Shown: positions 11,656 through 26,297, counted from the first letter of the stretch. The stretch is DNA of 64,000 nt from Octopus vulgaris (GCA_951406725.2 OX597814.1:17608001-17672000); one strand, 5' to 3'. The notes: generated from the letters alone by a model not told the origin. Numbers and translations: made by a program.

Positions 11656-12835
11656 AAGGCGGCGAGCTGGCAGAAACGTTAGCACGCCGGGCGAAATGCT
11701 TTGCAGTATTTCATCTGCCGCTACGTTCTGAGTTCAAATTCCGCCGAGTTCGACTTCACCTTTCTCCCTTTCGGGGTAGATTAAATAAGTACCAGTTACG
11801 CACTGGGGCCGATATAATTGACTTAATCCGTTTGTCTGTCCTTGTTTGTCCTCTCTGTGTTTAGCCCCTTGTGGCTAGTAAAGAAATAGGTATATTCGTC
11901 TGCCATTACATTCTGAGTTCAAATTCCGCCGAGGTCGACTTTGCCTTTCATCCTTTCGAGGTCGATAAATTAAGTACCAGTGAAATACTTGGGCCGATGT
12001 AATCGACTAGTCTCCTCCCCAACAATTTCAAACATTGAGTCTATAGTAGAAAGGATTATTTAGGCGGCGAGCTGGTAGATCGTTAAACACGTCGGACGAA
12101 ATAATTAGCGGTATTTCGTCCGCTACTACGTTCTGAGTTCAAATTCTGCCGAGGTCGACTTTGCCTTTAATCCCTTTCAGGGTCGATAAATTAAGTACCA
12201 GTTGCGTACTGAGGTAGATCTAATCGACTGGCCCCTTCCCCCCAAAATTTCAGGCCTTGTGCCTAGAGTTAGAAAATATTATTTAGGCAGCGAGCTTATA
12301 GAATCATTAGCACACCGGACTAAATGCTTTTCTTCGGTGCTTTATGCTCTGAGTTCAAATGCCGCCGACGTCCAGTCTGCCTTTCATACTTTCGGGGTCA
12401 GTATAATAAGTACTAGCTGAGCACTGGGATGGAGATAACAGACTTGCCCCCACCCTCAAGAATTGTTGGTCCTATGCCAAAATTCGAAGCCATTATTTTG
12501 GCGCTGAGCTGAGAGAATTATTAGCACACGGGATGAAATACTTAGCGACTTTTTTTCCGGTAATTTACGTCCAAAGTTCAAATTCTGCCAAGTTCGATTT
12601 TACCTTTCATCCTTTCGAGGTCGATAAGATAGGTTCAAGTTTAGCACTGGTGCCTATAGTAAAAAGAATTATTATTTTAATATTTCTGGGTTCAAATTCC
12701 GCTTTAAGCAACTCTACCATTTATCCTTCCAAAGTTGGAAGGATAAATAAATACCAGATAAATGAGAATGTCAAAGTCATCTACTAACATCCTTTTCCCA
12801 AATTCCTGGTCTTGCTCCTATTTAAAAATGATTAC
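11656..12835 (+). mobile_element. Head-to-tail array of ~6 SINE family B copies
   Basis: The GTTCAAAT...CCTTTCATCCTTTCG(G/A)GGTCGATAA core recurs with units starting near 11656, 11893, 12062, 12284, 12499 and 12685; most junctions are short ATTATT runs. Confidence 0.88.
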
Positions 12836-13152
12836 ATAACAATCACCAGGATGGTAGATGGAAGGGGAGGCAGTTGGTATTGAACACGGGAGATATCCTT
12901 CAGAAACATATCTTTCGTTTGCAGTTCAAATTTCGCTAAGGATTGGATTGTTGCACACATTTTGACATGAAGAATTGCCACTAAGAAAGGGTCAAACACA
13001 AATAGATTTTAAGATTAGATATAAATCGATTTTATTAAGTTCTTTACACTGATTTAGTATTCATGTTATTTTTGTGGGATCCACATGGCACTTGGGGGGA
13101 AGGGGTCATATAAAATGATGACTTAAAAATTTATATGCAATAGATTGCCTTA

Positions 13153-13563
13153 TCTTTATATATAAAAGTGAAGTTGTGTGTCTGTCTCCTACGATTTAGA
13201 TTCCTAACTACTCCCACATTTTGCGGTGCAAAATACCCGGTTTTGGATACCCAAAACCGGGTATCTTATAGTCGTGATTCATATCGAGCCCTTCTGGGTA
13301 CTAGCGCGCGTCTACGATGAGTCTACGATTTAAAAAATAATTTACCATAATTTTTTTCCATTTTAATGCATTTTTTCGCTATTATATAAGGAAGTAACTC
13401 TCTAAAAATGTCTACGATGAGTCAACGATTTTTAAAAAAAAATTACCATCATTTTTTTTTCCATTTTTAATGCATTTTTTTGCTATTTTTTGGCTATAAC
13501 TTTAAAAATGCTTATATAGTTATTTCCCTTACAAACCCGAGCAACGCCGGGCGATACTGCTAG
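13153..13563 (+). mobile_element. Non-autonomous Helitron
   Basis: Inserted between A and T; 5' TC; subterminal hairpin CCCGAGCAACGCCGGG (13536-13551); 3' CTAG (13560-13563); internal ~100-bp tandem duplication. Confidence 0.88.
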
Positions 13564-14031
13564 TTTAAAATATTTTAACAAATCTAATACAATTCCCAAT
13601 AATATTTACTTATAATAGAATGTTTGGTAAACATCAAATGGTTATGAGCGTCTCTTAAAATGAAGGGGGCCTATAGGGGGAAAATGGCTGAGAACCACTG
13701 AGTATGTGTATCGGTACAAATTTTGTTTCACCGAATCCTGAATATGTATTATAGGCGCAGGAGTGGCTTTGTGGCAAGTAGCTTGCTAACCAACCACATG
13801 GTTCCGGGTTGAGCAGTCATGAAACTATATGCCTTATATTTAGGGTATGTCTTATAGATAAGGTATGCTATATTTTCATCTTAGAAAAATTCTAGCAACA
13901 TATCAATCAACGTGGCCGGTGGTCTTCTCTACCCTGTTGAAAGTTCGATTTGATTGACGTTTAGCTGTAATATCTAATGCCATACAAAGACTACCAATTA
14001 GGTCAGTGCTACTGGGTATATATTGTGGGAA

Positions 14032-14261
14032 AAGGCGGTGAGTTGGCAGAAACGTTAGCACGCCGGGCGAAATGCGTAGCCGTATTTTCGTCTGCCGTTA
14101 CGTTCTGAGTTCAAATTCCGCCGAGGTCGACTTTGCCTTTCATCCTTTCGGGGTCGATAAATTAAGTACCAGTTACGCACTGGGGTCAATATCGACTTAA
14201 TCCGTTGGTCTGTCCTTGTTTGTCCCCTCTGTGTTTAGCCCCTTGTGGGTAGTAAAGAAAT
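14032..14261 (+). mobile_element. SINE family B, full length
   Basis: Consensus match; flanked by an imperfect TSD TATATATTGTG(A)GGAAAA. Confidence 0.92.
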
Positions 14262-14573
14262 ATATATTGTGAGGAAAATGAAATTTATAATAATTTTATG
14301 CAATTAGAGGTTTATGCACTTTAGCCTCGGGTCGAGAAATGACTTGTGAATGAATATGAAAGACAGAAACTGTGAGAAGCCCTTGTGTGTATGTAATAGT
14401 GTGTGCGCATTTGTAGCCCCACAGCATGATAGCTGCGTTGGTCTGTTTACAACACTGAAACTTAGTGGTTCGATAAAAGTAGCTGACAACAGGATTTACA
14501 TAAGTGCTGGGGCTGATTTGTTCGATTAACCCTACAAGACGGTGGTCCGGCATACACACAGTTCAATAACGAG

Positions 14574-14641
<68 letters not shown>

Positions 14642-14670
14642 TACTTTGTTGTGCCATTTATTTACTAATT

Positions 14671-14726
<56 letters not shown>

Positions 14727-14727
<1 letters not shown>

Positions 14728-15093
14728 CGCAGGAATGGCTGTGTGGTAAGTAGCTTGCTAACCAACCACATGGTTCCGGGTTCAGTCCACTGCGTGGCAC
14801 CTTGGGCTAGTGTCTTCTGCTATAGCCCCGGGCCGACCAATGCCTTGTGAGTGGATTTGGTAGACGGAAACTGAAAGAAGCCTGTCTTATATATTGTCTC
14901 CCTAGCATTGCTTGACAACCGATGCTGGTGTGTTTACGTCCCCGTCACTTAGCGTTTCGGCAAGAGAGACCGATAGAATAAGTACTGGGCTTGCAAAAGA
15001 ATAAGTCCCGGGGTCGAGTTGCTCGACTAAAGGGCGGTGCTCCGGCATGGCCGCAGTCAAATGACTGAAACAAGTAAAAGAGAGTAAAAGAGA

Positions 15094-15094
<1 letters not shown>
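14727..15094 (+). mobile_element. SINE family A, full length, very short internal spacer
   Basis: Head, CORE-like TTGGGCTAGTGTCTT, right body and tail GGCGGTGCTCCGGCATGGCCGCAGTCAAATGACTGAAACAAG. Confidence 0.92.
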
Positions 15095-15134
<40 letters not shown>

Positions 15135-15348
15135 TGGTGGGCTGCTGAAAAGTTCCTGGCTTTAAGGGTGTCGCTAAAAGCCTGGCTGGAGATGAAATCT
15201 TCCGAGTTCCTTTACATGGCTTAGGAAACTGAAGGACCGCTGCAATAAGTGTGTGAATCTGAGATGGAAATATGTTCAATAAAATCATAATTAACTGATT
15301 TTCCTGTATTTTCTTCAACCCAAAGCCAGGAAATTTTCAGCACCCACG
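15135..15348. mobile_element. Mariner-type MITE
   Basis: Terminal inverted repeats TGCTGAAAAGTTCCTGGCTTT / AAAGCCAGGAAATTTTCAGCA; homologous copy at 32025-32213 in the opposite orientation. Confidence 0.75.
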
Positions 15349-15389
15349 TGTGTGTGCGTGAGTCTGTATGTCTGTGTATATGTATACAC

Positions 15390-15880
<491 letters not shown>

Positions 15881-16329
15881 TATACATATGCATATATATG
15901 TGTGTGTATGTATGTATGCATATGCATATCTAAAATATATATGCAGCTGTGGGCATATCTTTGTGCTTGTTTCCCACTACTGGTGTTTGTTTGTTTACAT
16001 CCCCGTAGCTTAGCGGTTCAACAAAACGGTTCCGATAGAAAAAGTGCAAAGTAAGTACAGATGTCGATCTGTTCGAAAACAATCCTCCAAAGTGAGGCTT
16101 CAGCTGCTCACAGGTCGCTGACAAGGAAAATAAAAAAAAAAATTATAGAAAAGGCAAAGTCGCTTGCTAGGGAACCACTAGATAGCCAATGGTTCTGACA
16201 GGAATAGCATTCAAAATCACCACCCGGAAAACGATATATTACAGAATGTTGTTTTCGATGTGCGACTAAGAGTTGGAGGCACTGGCACGGCCGGAATGCC
16301 TTTGATTTAAATTCATAGAAATAACAGGA

Positions 16330-16551
16330 AATAATTCTTTTCTACAATAATCACAAAACCTGAAATTTGGTGGAAGGGGCACGAGACGACTGCATCAACC
16401 CCAATGTTCAAATGGTATTGATTTTATCGATCTGAGAAGAATAAAGAGCAAAGCCGACCCCCACCGAAAATTGAACCCGGAACCTAAAGAGAAGAACAAA
16501 ACGCCGCTAAGCATTGTACCCGGCATGCTAACTGTTCTGCCAGTTCGCCGC
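16330..16551 (-). mobile_element. Degenerate SINE family B
   Basis: Diverged match ending TGCTAACTGTTCTGCCAGTTCGCCGC. Confidence 0.7.
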
Positions 16552-16890
16552 TACGATGTACAACAACGAGCAGTAAAAATACGAAATATAAAAGGATAAG
16601 CTACTATATATTCATATGCGTAGACGATGACAACGGCCACGCCGACCACGACGACCACGACGACCACGAGGATAAACATGAATATGGTGTAGATGGCGGT
16701 AGTGATGTTCATTAAAAAGTATGATGACAATATGAAGAAAAACTGTAAGTTATATTAAATATAAACTACAAATTTATACGTGATTATACGCAGAACGGCA
16801 CACGCCCAAGGATATACATACATACATATATATATATATTATCCATATATATATATTTCATCCATAAAATATATATTTCATTTTTCTACT

Positions 16891-16961
<71 letters not shown>

Positions 16962-17164
16962 GTATGTATGTATGTATTTCTACGTGTGCATGTATGCGAT
17001 TTCGTGTGCATATGTGTATATACACACACACATATATATATATATATGTATGCTTATATATACGTATGTGTCTGTGTATATAAATATATATGTATAGCAT
17101 TAATGTAAACAGCAGGCTGCAATGTTCTGCAAAAGAGGAGAACTACAATTACCACTCAAAGAGA

Positions 17165-17361
17165 CTAGGGTGTTAGAGCATACATACATTGCTAGAAATA
17201 AGAGCTGAAATGCTCTACTGCTGCAGTTAAAGCACATGAATGAAAGCATATAGAGTAACAGGGGTATATGCTACTGTGCGTTTTCATTCATGAGCTTTAA
17301 CAACAATATTAGAGAATTTTAGCTCTTATTTCTAGCAATGTCAGTCCGTTTTAACATCTAG
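17165..17361. repeat. ~200-bp foldback (imperfect palindrome, MITE-like)
   Basis: Perfect 21-bp arms ACATTGCTAGAAATAAGAGCT (17186) / AGCTCTTATTTCTAGCAATGT (to 17341), with pairing continuing inward (GTTAAAGC.CATGAATGAAA / TTTCATTCATG.GCTTTAAC). Confidence 0.85.
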
Positions 17362-17384
17362 CCACAATTCGTGGCAATTATAAA

Positions 17385-18021
17385 TATATATATATATATA
17401 AATATATATATATATTTATATATACATACATATGTATATATATGTATATATATATGTATATATATATGTACATATATGTACATATATATGTGTATATATG
17501 TATATATATGCATTTATATGTGTATATATATGTATATATATATATATATACGTATATGCATTTATATGTGTATATATATGTGTATATATATGTATATATA
17601 TATATATATATATATTTGTGTGTGTGTGTGTGTGTATATGTATATACGTATATGTATTTATATGTGTATATATATATGTGTATGTGTATATATATACGTG
17701 TGTGTATATATATGTATATATATATATATAAATATATGTAAATATATATACGTATATATATGTATATATATATCAATATATATAAATATATATGTATATA
17801 TATATATGATATATGTATATATATATATATATGATTATATATATATGTATATATATGTGTGTATATATATACATATTGACATATAAATATATATATCGAT
17901 ATATATGCATATATATATATGTATATACATAAATGTATATATATATGTGTATTTATATATGTACCTATATGTATCTATATATGTATATATATATATATAC
18001 ATATATGTATATATATGTATA

Positions 18022-18087
<66 letters not shown>

Positions 18088-18680
18088 CAAACAATATGGG
18101 TGTTTCGTTCACAGGTGATCTAAAAGACCAGGTACGCAAGGTAAGTGCTGTAACAGATTACTGGGGCTCCAAGGTTATAGGCGAGACGGTATTTATGGAC
18201 CCATTGTATATATGTATATATATATATAATTATATATATATGTATATATGCGGATATATATATATACATATATGAATATATATATATATATGTAGGTACA
18301 TATATTGATAGATGTATGAGTATATATATAGAGATATATATGTATGTATACATAAATATATGTATATATATATGCATGTATGTAGATATATGTATATGTA
18401 TATAGATATTTATGTATGTACATATATATATATATGTATATATATAAGTATATATGTATATATATATATATATATATATACATATATTTATATTCACATT
18501 TGCATATACATATATATATATACATATATATTAGTATATATATACATACATGTATGTTAATATATATGTATATGCATATATATATATATGTATATATATA
18601 TGTGTGTGTATATATATATATGCATATATATGTGTATATATATTTGCATATATAAGCGTATATGTATATATGTATGTATA

Positions 18681-18715
<35 letters not shown>

Positions 18716-18946
18716 GGAGGTATAGATTTGAGTATATATTTATGTTTATATATACACACGCACATATATACAACTATATATCTATGAGTATAGAAATATA
18801 TTTGTACGTGTGTCTGTATAGAAAGGGGTAGTTATATATCTATATGTTTGTGTGTTTGTGTGTGTGTGCGTGTGTACACACATTCATATATATATATATG
18901 TATGTATATATATATGTATACATGCATGTCTTTGAACGCCTATCTG

Positions 18947-18990
<44 letters not shown>
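17385..18990. repeat. Extended degenerate (TA)n/(TATG)n low-complexity tract
   Basis: Directly visible; source of many YIYI ORFs. Confidence 0.95.
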
Positions 18991-18991
<1 letters not shown>

Positions 18992-19271
18992 TTCAGTAAC
19001 AAGGCACATACATACTCCACAGGGCATATCAAGAGTACTTTTACACTAGGGAAGAAAAAAGCCCAGAACCCAAAGCCCACCGAATATATAATATTAGTAT
19101 TTGCGGAGAGAATAAAGCGAGTGTTTGCTTAGGGACACAGAACTTCATTTCAAGGCATGCTCCAAACATAGAAAGGTCCATTAAGGAAAATGTTTAGGCT
19201 CGAGTGTACATCTGGTAGTATTATCAGTTGCTAACTTCGTACCTCGGTTTGCCTCTTCGTGTATATATATA

Positions 19272-19745
<474 letters not shown>

Positions 19746-20077
19746 CTAATGAATATGGTACTTAATTTGAGGCACCCGAATTTAGTTAGTTAGTTAGTTA
19801 ATTTTGGCTCAAAAAGCAAAAAAGCAATGGTATTAGTATGGTATTATCCATACAATTTCAAAGTAAGGTGATTAAAATCAAAATAAGCAACAAGGGATAT
19901 CCTTGTTGCTTAATTATATATGTGTGTGTGTCCAAACAAGTACTAGCAAGGAAAAACAACGCGAGGACCTGGAACAAGGGCTATGTGTGTGTGTGTGTGG
20001 GGGGGATTCTGTGTGTGTCTGTGCGTTTGAGTGTATGTGTGTGTTTGTGGCTGTTTATACATGTATATAAATATTTG

Positions 20078-20114
<37 letters not shown>

Positions 20115-20388
20115 GTGTACAAACACAATCAAAAACGCATAAAACACACGCACACATTTGAACGCGGCCATGCTAGTGCATCGCCTTAAAGGGTTTTTAA
20201 TAAGGCATCCAAGGACTGGTCCTTTCTGTGTACTGATTTTATCGGTCACTTTTGCCGAACGGCAACATTACGGGGACAGAAACAGCCCACCGTAAGTTGT
20301 CAAGCGATGGCGGTGGGGTCAAACACATACACACATAAAAACTCGCACACACACACACACACACATATTCATACATACATACATAAAT

Positions 20389-20429
<41 letters not shown>

Positions 20430-20848
20430 TATGTATGTATCTATGTACGTAAGTATTTATGTATGTATGTGTGTGTATGTATATATAATATAACTCTTCC
20501 ACCTCTCTCACTCTCTATATATATATGTGTGTATAATGGGTCTATTTATGTCTCTATCCATTTATATATACATATGCATATGCAAATATATATATATATA
20601 TATATATGCAAGTATAAGTGTGTGTATATATGTATGTACATATGTGTATATATATGTACATATATACATATATATAGATGTTTTTATTTGTATATATGTA
20701 TATATATATATATATATGTATGCATTTCCCTCTCTCTCTATCTCTGTTATATATACATACATATACATATATATATACCTACATACATATATATATACAT
20801 ATATAAATATACATATATATACATATACAGATATATATATACACACAC

Positions 20849-20881
<33 letters not shown>

Positions 20882-21241
20882 AAGACCCAAATGCATACGT
20901 ACGTACGCTTATAGATGGATGGAGAGAAAGGGGGAGGAGAGACCGAACGTGTGTTTGAAACAGAAGAGCATCGGTTAGAAGTTGATGAATGTAGGACAAA
21001 ACTCTTTCATACGTACCATATATAATGAACACTAATTACCAAAGCATAATATTGGGGATATTAAAGCATATAGAGAACAAAGACGGCGTAGGTACATATT
21101 AAACGGCTGATCTATCGTGATCACTATTCAATGTGGTACATATCAACATACTTGCATACATACGCACATACATAGATACATATATATATGCATACATACA
21201 TACATACATACATACATATAAATACACATGCATACATGCAT

Positions 21242-21273
<32 letters not shown>

Positions 21274-21461
21274 AGATACATAGGTACAATCATTTATACT
21301 GACACACATATATTTACACTTATATATATACATACATTTCTGTGGGTGTATATGCGTGAGTGCTTTTAGGTATCAGCATTTGCATAGACGTGTACAGATG
21401 TTCATGTGTGTGTGTGTGTGTGTGTGTAGCTTTTGTTATATTTCTGCTGCTTTTAAATAAA

Positions 21462-21586
<125 letters not shown>

Positions 21587-21611
21587 TACATTTACATATA
21601 TACATATATAT

Positions 21612-21762
21612 AAAATAGAAAATGGGACAAGAACGCAAAACATCCGGACAACTAGGTGATACAAGGGCAAAAAGGGACAACAAAACATCCAGACAAGGAA
21701 GGGTCATTCGAAACATTTTATCCTCAGTCAAGAACCGGATCATCCTCGCAATTTCGGCTGAT
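21612..21762 (-). mobile_element. Penelope-like terminal remnant in (TA)n
   Basis: Shares AAATGGGACAAGAACGCAAAACATCC with 33038-33105, and TCATTCGAA...TCAGTCA...ATCATC...ATTTCGGCTG with 29856-29985 and 40910-41040; carries hammerhead half-motifs (GCCGAAA, CTGAGGA). The Penelope assignment is inferred. Confidence 0.5.
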
Positions 21763-21780
21763 TTATATACATACATACAT

Positions 21781-21862
<82 letters not shown>

Positions 21863-22030
21863 TGTATGTGTGTGTGTGTGTGTGCATACATACACTCGTA
21901 CATATGTATGTATGCGTATATGTATGAAATATTTTAGATATGCACTCTTGGATTGGTACACGCGCTCGGCGATTGGCACACATAGACGTATATAGATGTG
22001 GATATGTAGGTGGATAGATAGATAGACAGA

Positions 22031-22073
<43 letters not shown>

Positions 22074-22181
22074 ATACATAAATAAATAAATTAATAAATA
22101 AATAGGCAGAGACTGCAAATATACACGCACATACAAATACAGATACGCAAAAATTTCAAAATTCGATAGAGAAACTATATA

Positions 22182-22231
<50 letters not shown>

Positions 22232-22360
22232 TAAAGAACGAAATCTCTTCCACCTAAAAACAGCAGCCGACCCAGAAACTAACAACACGCACACACCCTG
22301 TGTATGTGTGTTCGATTTTGTGTGTGTATATGTATATATATATGTGTAGATATATGCATG

Positions 22361-22413
<53 letters not shown>

Positions 22414-22588
22414 GTAAATATATATATGTAAATATATATATATATATATTTATCTATAGCCATACACGTATATGCAAGTATGCATATGTATTTATCTATG
22501 TATGTCTGTATACCAATGTATGCATATACAATTATATATATATATGTATATATATATATTGATATATATATGAGCTGTGGCCATGCTG

Positions 22589-22638
<50 letters not shown>

Positions 22639-22804
22639 GTTATATATACTTATATATAAAGGATGCATGTACATACTTTTGTATATTTACACACTCTCAC
22701 ACACACATATAAATATATACAAATTTGCATACATACATACATGCATACAAACATATGTACACATAAAAGTGATACATGATTACTGTTTGAGTGTTTGTGT
22801 GTGC

Positions 22805-22871
<67 letters not shown>

Positions 22872-23038
22872 TGTGCGCGTGTCTATGTACATGAGAGAAA
22901 CGTGTAAATATAATAACAGACAATGATGGAACAAAGTTTTGATACCTTAAGTTGATGTTGAATAATATATATTTGGAGTTGAATTTTTGCTGCTGTTTAC
23001 AGTTGTTATACACATATATAACACACGTACGTATGTAA

Positions 23039-23094
<56 letters not shown>

Positions 23095-23406
23095 GGTCTG
23101 CTATCTCAACGAATGGTAAGAAAAAAAAGTCGTCAGCCCAAAAACACAATCTTTCATTTTGATGGAAAGAAAATTAGAGGAAGTTTAAAAATAAAGGGTG
23201 AAAAACTATAACAGTGCAAACGGACAAAATATGAACTACATATACACACATACACACACACACACACATACATATACACACACATATTTATATATATATA
23301 CATATATATATATATATAGATACATATATATATATATGTATATAGATAGATATTTATGTAAGCTTGTGAGTACATATATATATATACAACCGTATATATG
23401 TATGAA

Positions 23407-23437
<31 letters not shown>

Positions 23438-23559
23438 CTGTGTGTGTGTTCGAGTGTGTGTGTGTCTGTGTGTGTGTGTGTGTGTTTTGGTAATATTTTT
23501 CTTGTTAGTGAACATTTAAGAGAAATCTGTAACGTAACAACAGCAATGGAGAGAGAACA

Positions 23560-24207
23560 GAATTTAAGTGAGGGTGAATTTAATGAAGGCAGATAGTTTA
23601 GTGAGTGAGTGAGTGAGTGAAAAGTGATTGAAGTGAGCGAATTAGTGAGTGTGTCAGTGAGTGTAAGTGTGAGTGAGCGAGTTAGTGAGTGAGTGAGTGT
23701 GTATGCGTGTGTGTAAATGTGTGTGTGTTTGAGAGAGAGGGAGAGAGAGAGAGATTTGAATGAAGGTGTCAAGAGAAGTCAGTCGCACTGTTTGCTGTAG
23801 CTTGTGAGACACTATTCAAAACGAAAAGAACAAAATGGTGATATAGTGAGAGAGAGAGAGAGAGAGGGAGAGAGAAAAAAAGAAAGGTACTGAGACAGAG
23901 AGAGAGAGAAAGTGAGGGAGAGAAAGAGACTGTGTAAGTGAGTGTATGTGTGTGTGTATGTGTGTGTGTGTGTGCGTGTGCGTGAACCATAAAGAGACAG
24001 ACAGAGGGAGAGCTATGTAGACAGAGGGAGTTGGAGGTTGGGGGAGAGTGTGAGAAAGAAAACAAGAAAGCAAGAAGCGAGGGAGGCGGGGTGGAATAAA
24101 TATATAAGAGAGTGGAAGACGGAGAGGAGGGAGAAAAAGGAAGAAGGAGAGATAGAGAGAGAGGGAGGAGGAGGAGGAGGAGGAGGAGGAGGGTCTGAAA
24201 TAGAGCA

Positions 24208-24238
<31 letters not shown>

Positions 24239-24450
24239 GACGAAAAGAGACAGTGCGCTGGAAGCGCCCCGTGTGTGTGTATGTGTGTGCGACGGCTGCT
24301 TTTGCTTGGCTTGTAAGTGTCTTGCATTTAAAACTACATCACGTTCCAATAGGCTGCGACACGAGAAAAACGCTGGGATTTTTTAGTTCTTTGCGTTACG
24401 GAAAACCTTACATTCGAAAGTGCTTCAGGGGGAGACAGAGAGTAAAAAGT
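23560..24450 (+). promoter_or_regulatory. Probable promoter/5' UTR region of Lhx1/5
   Basis: Composition switches from (TA)n to strand-asymmetric purine tracts ((GTGA)n, (GA)n, (GAG)n) and a CpG-containing unique stretch at 24240-24420. CCAAT at ~24346; Inr-like TCAGTC at 23779-23784. Positional inference only. Confidence 0.35.
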
Positions 24451-24867
24451 TTAAAAAAAAAAAATTAATAATAATAATAAAATAAAAAAAATATATATAT
24501 ATATATATATAATAAATAAATTATATGTTAAAAGAAAAAAAAAAAAAGAAAACACAGGTCCGGGTCTAAAAAAAAAGAAAAGAAAATATATTTGAGCTTT
24601 CACACACCACCAAACAACCAACAAATACTGGCGCAAACATAACCCATATTTATATTTATATATACATACATACACGTACATATATGTATATGCATATGTC
24701 TACGTTCATAAATATATATATGTATTATATATATATTTAAAATATTTTACAATACATACAGTCTTATTACACAGGCGCGTATACACCAAAAAGTCAAAAT
24801 AGGTATAGAAAACGATAAAAAACGGAGGTACATTAAAACCGGCACCCTGGCTATTGCTAAGAAAAGT

Positions 24868-25037
24868 ATGGTCCAATGTGCAGGGTGCGATCGCCCGATT
24901 TTGGACCGATTTCTCTTAAATGTGCTCGATCGAGCGTGGCATGCAAAATGCGTCCAGTGTTATGATTGTAAATGTAATTTGACGGAGAAATGTTTTTCAC
25001 GAGACGGGAGGCTTTACTGTCGGACAGACTTCTTCAG
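24868..25037 (+). CDS. Lhx1/5: First coding exon of LIM-homeobox transcription factor Lhx1/5 (Lim1/lin-11 class), encoding LIM domain 1
   Basis: Manual translation from ATG 24868: [56 protein letters not shown](R). It has the full LIM zinc-ligand pattern and closely matches the vertebrate LHX1 N-terminus as I recall it ([57 protein letters not shown]). The 170-nt exon ends at CAG|GTAAGC (phase 2); read-through hits TAA at once. Confidence 0.96.
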
Positions 25038-25454
25038 GTAAGCTTCAACTATTTCATTGCATATATATATATATACATGTATGATTAATACCATTATACC
25101 ATTATCGTTGTTGCTATTATATTTATACAACAATTAATAACGATTATATATATATATCTTTCTTTATATTCAAACACACTAATACATATATATATATATC
25201 CTTCGAAACGTAGAGTAGATGAAACCTTTAGCGACTGAAGAAGGGGTTTGTTCTTTGTGTTAATTGTCCTGTACTCTATTTTTTTGCTGTTTTTAAAAAA
25301 ATGCCCAGTTCCTTTGGTTTGTGTCTATGTTTTCGTTTCTCATTGTGTTCGACGTCCTTTTGGTGTCCTGTACTCATATATGCGTGTATATGTACATGTA
25401 GAGGTAGGTACGTACATATATGTTTATATATATGCATATGTTTTATTTTATTTA

Positions 25455-25523
<69 letters not shown>

Positions 25524-25874
25524 CTCACACATTTCGCTCGTGGTTTTTTCTGTGTTATTGTTTATTTTCAATGTTGGTTCGTCTTCGTTTTGTTTATAGA
25601 ATTTTTTCGAATTATATTATTGATTATGAAAAATTACATTGATATGGAACATGACATACACGTGCATGCATACCTACACACATACATACATATCTTTATG
25701 TAAGTGCATATATATCTATCCTATTCGTCCTTATCTACGTATACCAATTATACTAATGCTTCATATACGACATGTTACGATATAGAGAACTTGGGACAAT
25801 CTACGAAATCTTGTATTACTATGAATGTTTTATTCAAATACACACGTGTGTACAAACATGTATATACATATACT

Positions 25875-25940
<66 letters not shown>

Positions 25941-26156
25941 GTATATACATATACACATGTGTATATATATGCATATATATTCGTGTATATACACATATGT
26001 ATGTATATGTGTTTATATACAACCGCATGCAAACATACACATATCTATATACAACCGTCTTTATAAGCAACATATACATAAATATACCTGTATGTATATA
26101 TATATATATATATATATTCACACATACACATATGTTTATATATATAATATATATAT

Positions 26157-26190
<34 letters not shown>

Positions 26191-26297
26191 ATACGTGTGT
26201 TTACATATATATATACACCTGCATATATAAATGGATCTTTATATACACATATGAATTTATATGTATGATTGCATGTTTGCATGCATATATATGTGTG

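Noticed and set aside
11656-12835. CRISPR-like polarised repeat array
   Set aside because: Units are ~200-bp SINE copies without unique spacers; no cas genes; eukaryotic context.
13060-13700. hAT/Charlie-like MITE around the Helitron (right end GCTGAGAACCACTG)
   Set aside because: I could not find a matching left terminal repeat or TSD.
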